Below are positions 63,862 to 64,000 of a DNA stretch of 64,000 bases, piece by piece. Origin of the DNA: an uncultured delta proteobacterium (GTDB lineage Bacteria; Myxococcota; Myxococcia; SLRQ01). The DNA lies in NCBI GenBank assembly GCA_963727485.1, contig CAVSGM010000002.1, positions 1,376,001 through 1,440,000 of the forward strand. The letters run 5' to 3'. The notes beneath the pieces are model-generated. The model did not search any database. It saw nothing but the letters and a program-made list of their open reading frames with translations, and was not told the DNA's origin. How positions within the stretch are numbered: position 1 is the first letter of the stretch; the number at the start of each line of letters is the position of its first letter. Position numbers and translations under genes: made by a program.

Positions 63862-64000
63862 GTGAACCGAAGCCGGCGGCCCCTTGGCCGTCTCGCCGTC
63901 GCCGCCGTCACCCTCCTCGCCCTCACCCGCTGCGGGGCCTGCGACTGCAGCTTCTCGCCGCCCCCGCCGCCGGCGCTGGCGCCGAAGCCGGGGCAGGCAG
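63862..64000 (+). CDS. Start of a possible exported protein (truncated by the window end)
   Basis: GTG start, basic N-terminus, hydrophobic stretch, then CGACDC. Confidence 0.35.
   Translation, partial: MNRSRRPLGRLAVAAVTLLALTRCGACDCSFSPPPPPALAPKPGQA

Overview
Very GC-rich bacterial chromosome segment, most likely Myxococcota/deltaproteobacterial (inferred from the parA-parB-bactofilin order, the TGTTCCACGTGGAACA parS type, a PEGA Ser/Thr kinase and DGG-linker lipoproteins). It contains the replication-origin region: gyrB-recF-lipoprotein-dnaN, a 5.5 kb block of unrelated genes, dnaA, then divergently rpmH-rnpA-yidD-yidC-mnmE-mnmG-rsmG-parA-parB-bactofilin with two parS sites. To the left lie a PafB-like WYL regulator, mtaB, addAB, an archaemetzincin, tRNA-Gln, a stressosome operon (rsbR-S-T-X plus a hybrid kinase), fabH and an orphan Tad/Flp pilin cassette. 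To the right lie Hsp33, MscS, egtD, a Ser/Thr kinase, two Cys-rich lipoproteins and a FadF-like Fe-S protein. Many single-base indels break genes, including essential ones (gyrB, dnaN), so they are read as sequencing errors. Most notable observations: (1) a mycobacterial PafBC/RecA-NDp-type promoter (TGTCGG-N10-TA) filling the gap upstream of addB, 10 kb from the pafB-like gene; (2) a split origin with a Bacillus-like tandem DnaA-box/DnaA-trio element in front of dnaN and further box clusters at dnaA and around parS; (3) a stand-alone Kil/Tad-like pilus tip cassette; (4) a 51-aa, 10-cysteine module shared by two adjacent lipoproteins; (5) a stressosome wired to a histidine kinase. All annotations come from reading motifs by eye; no database searches were run.
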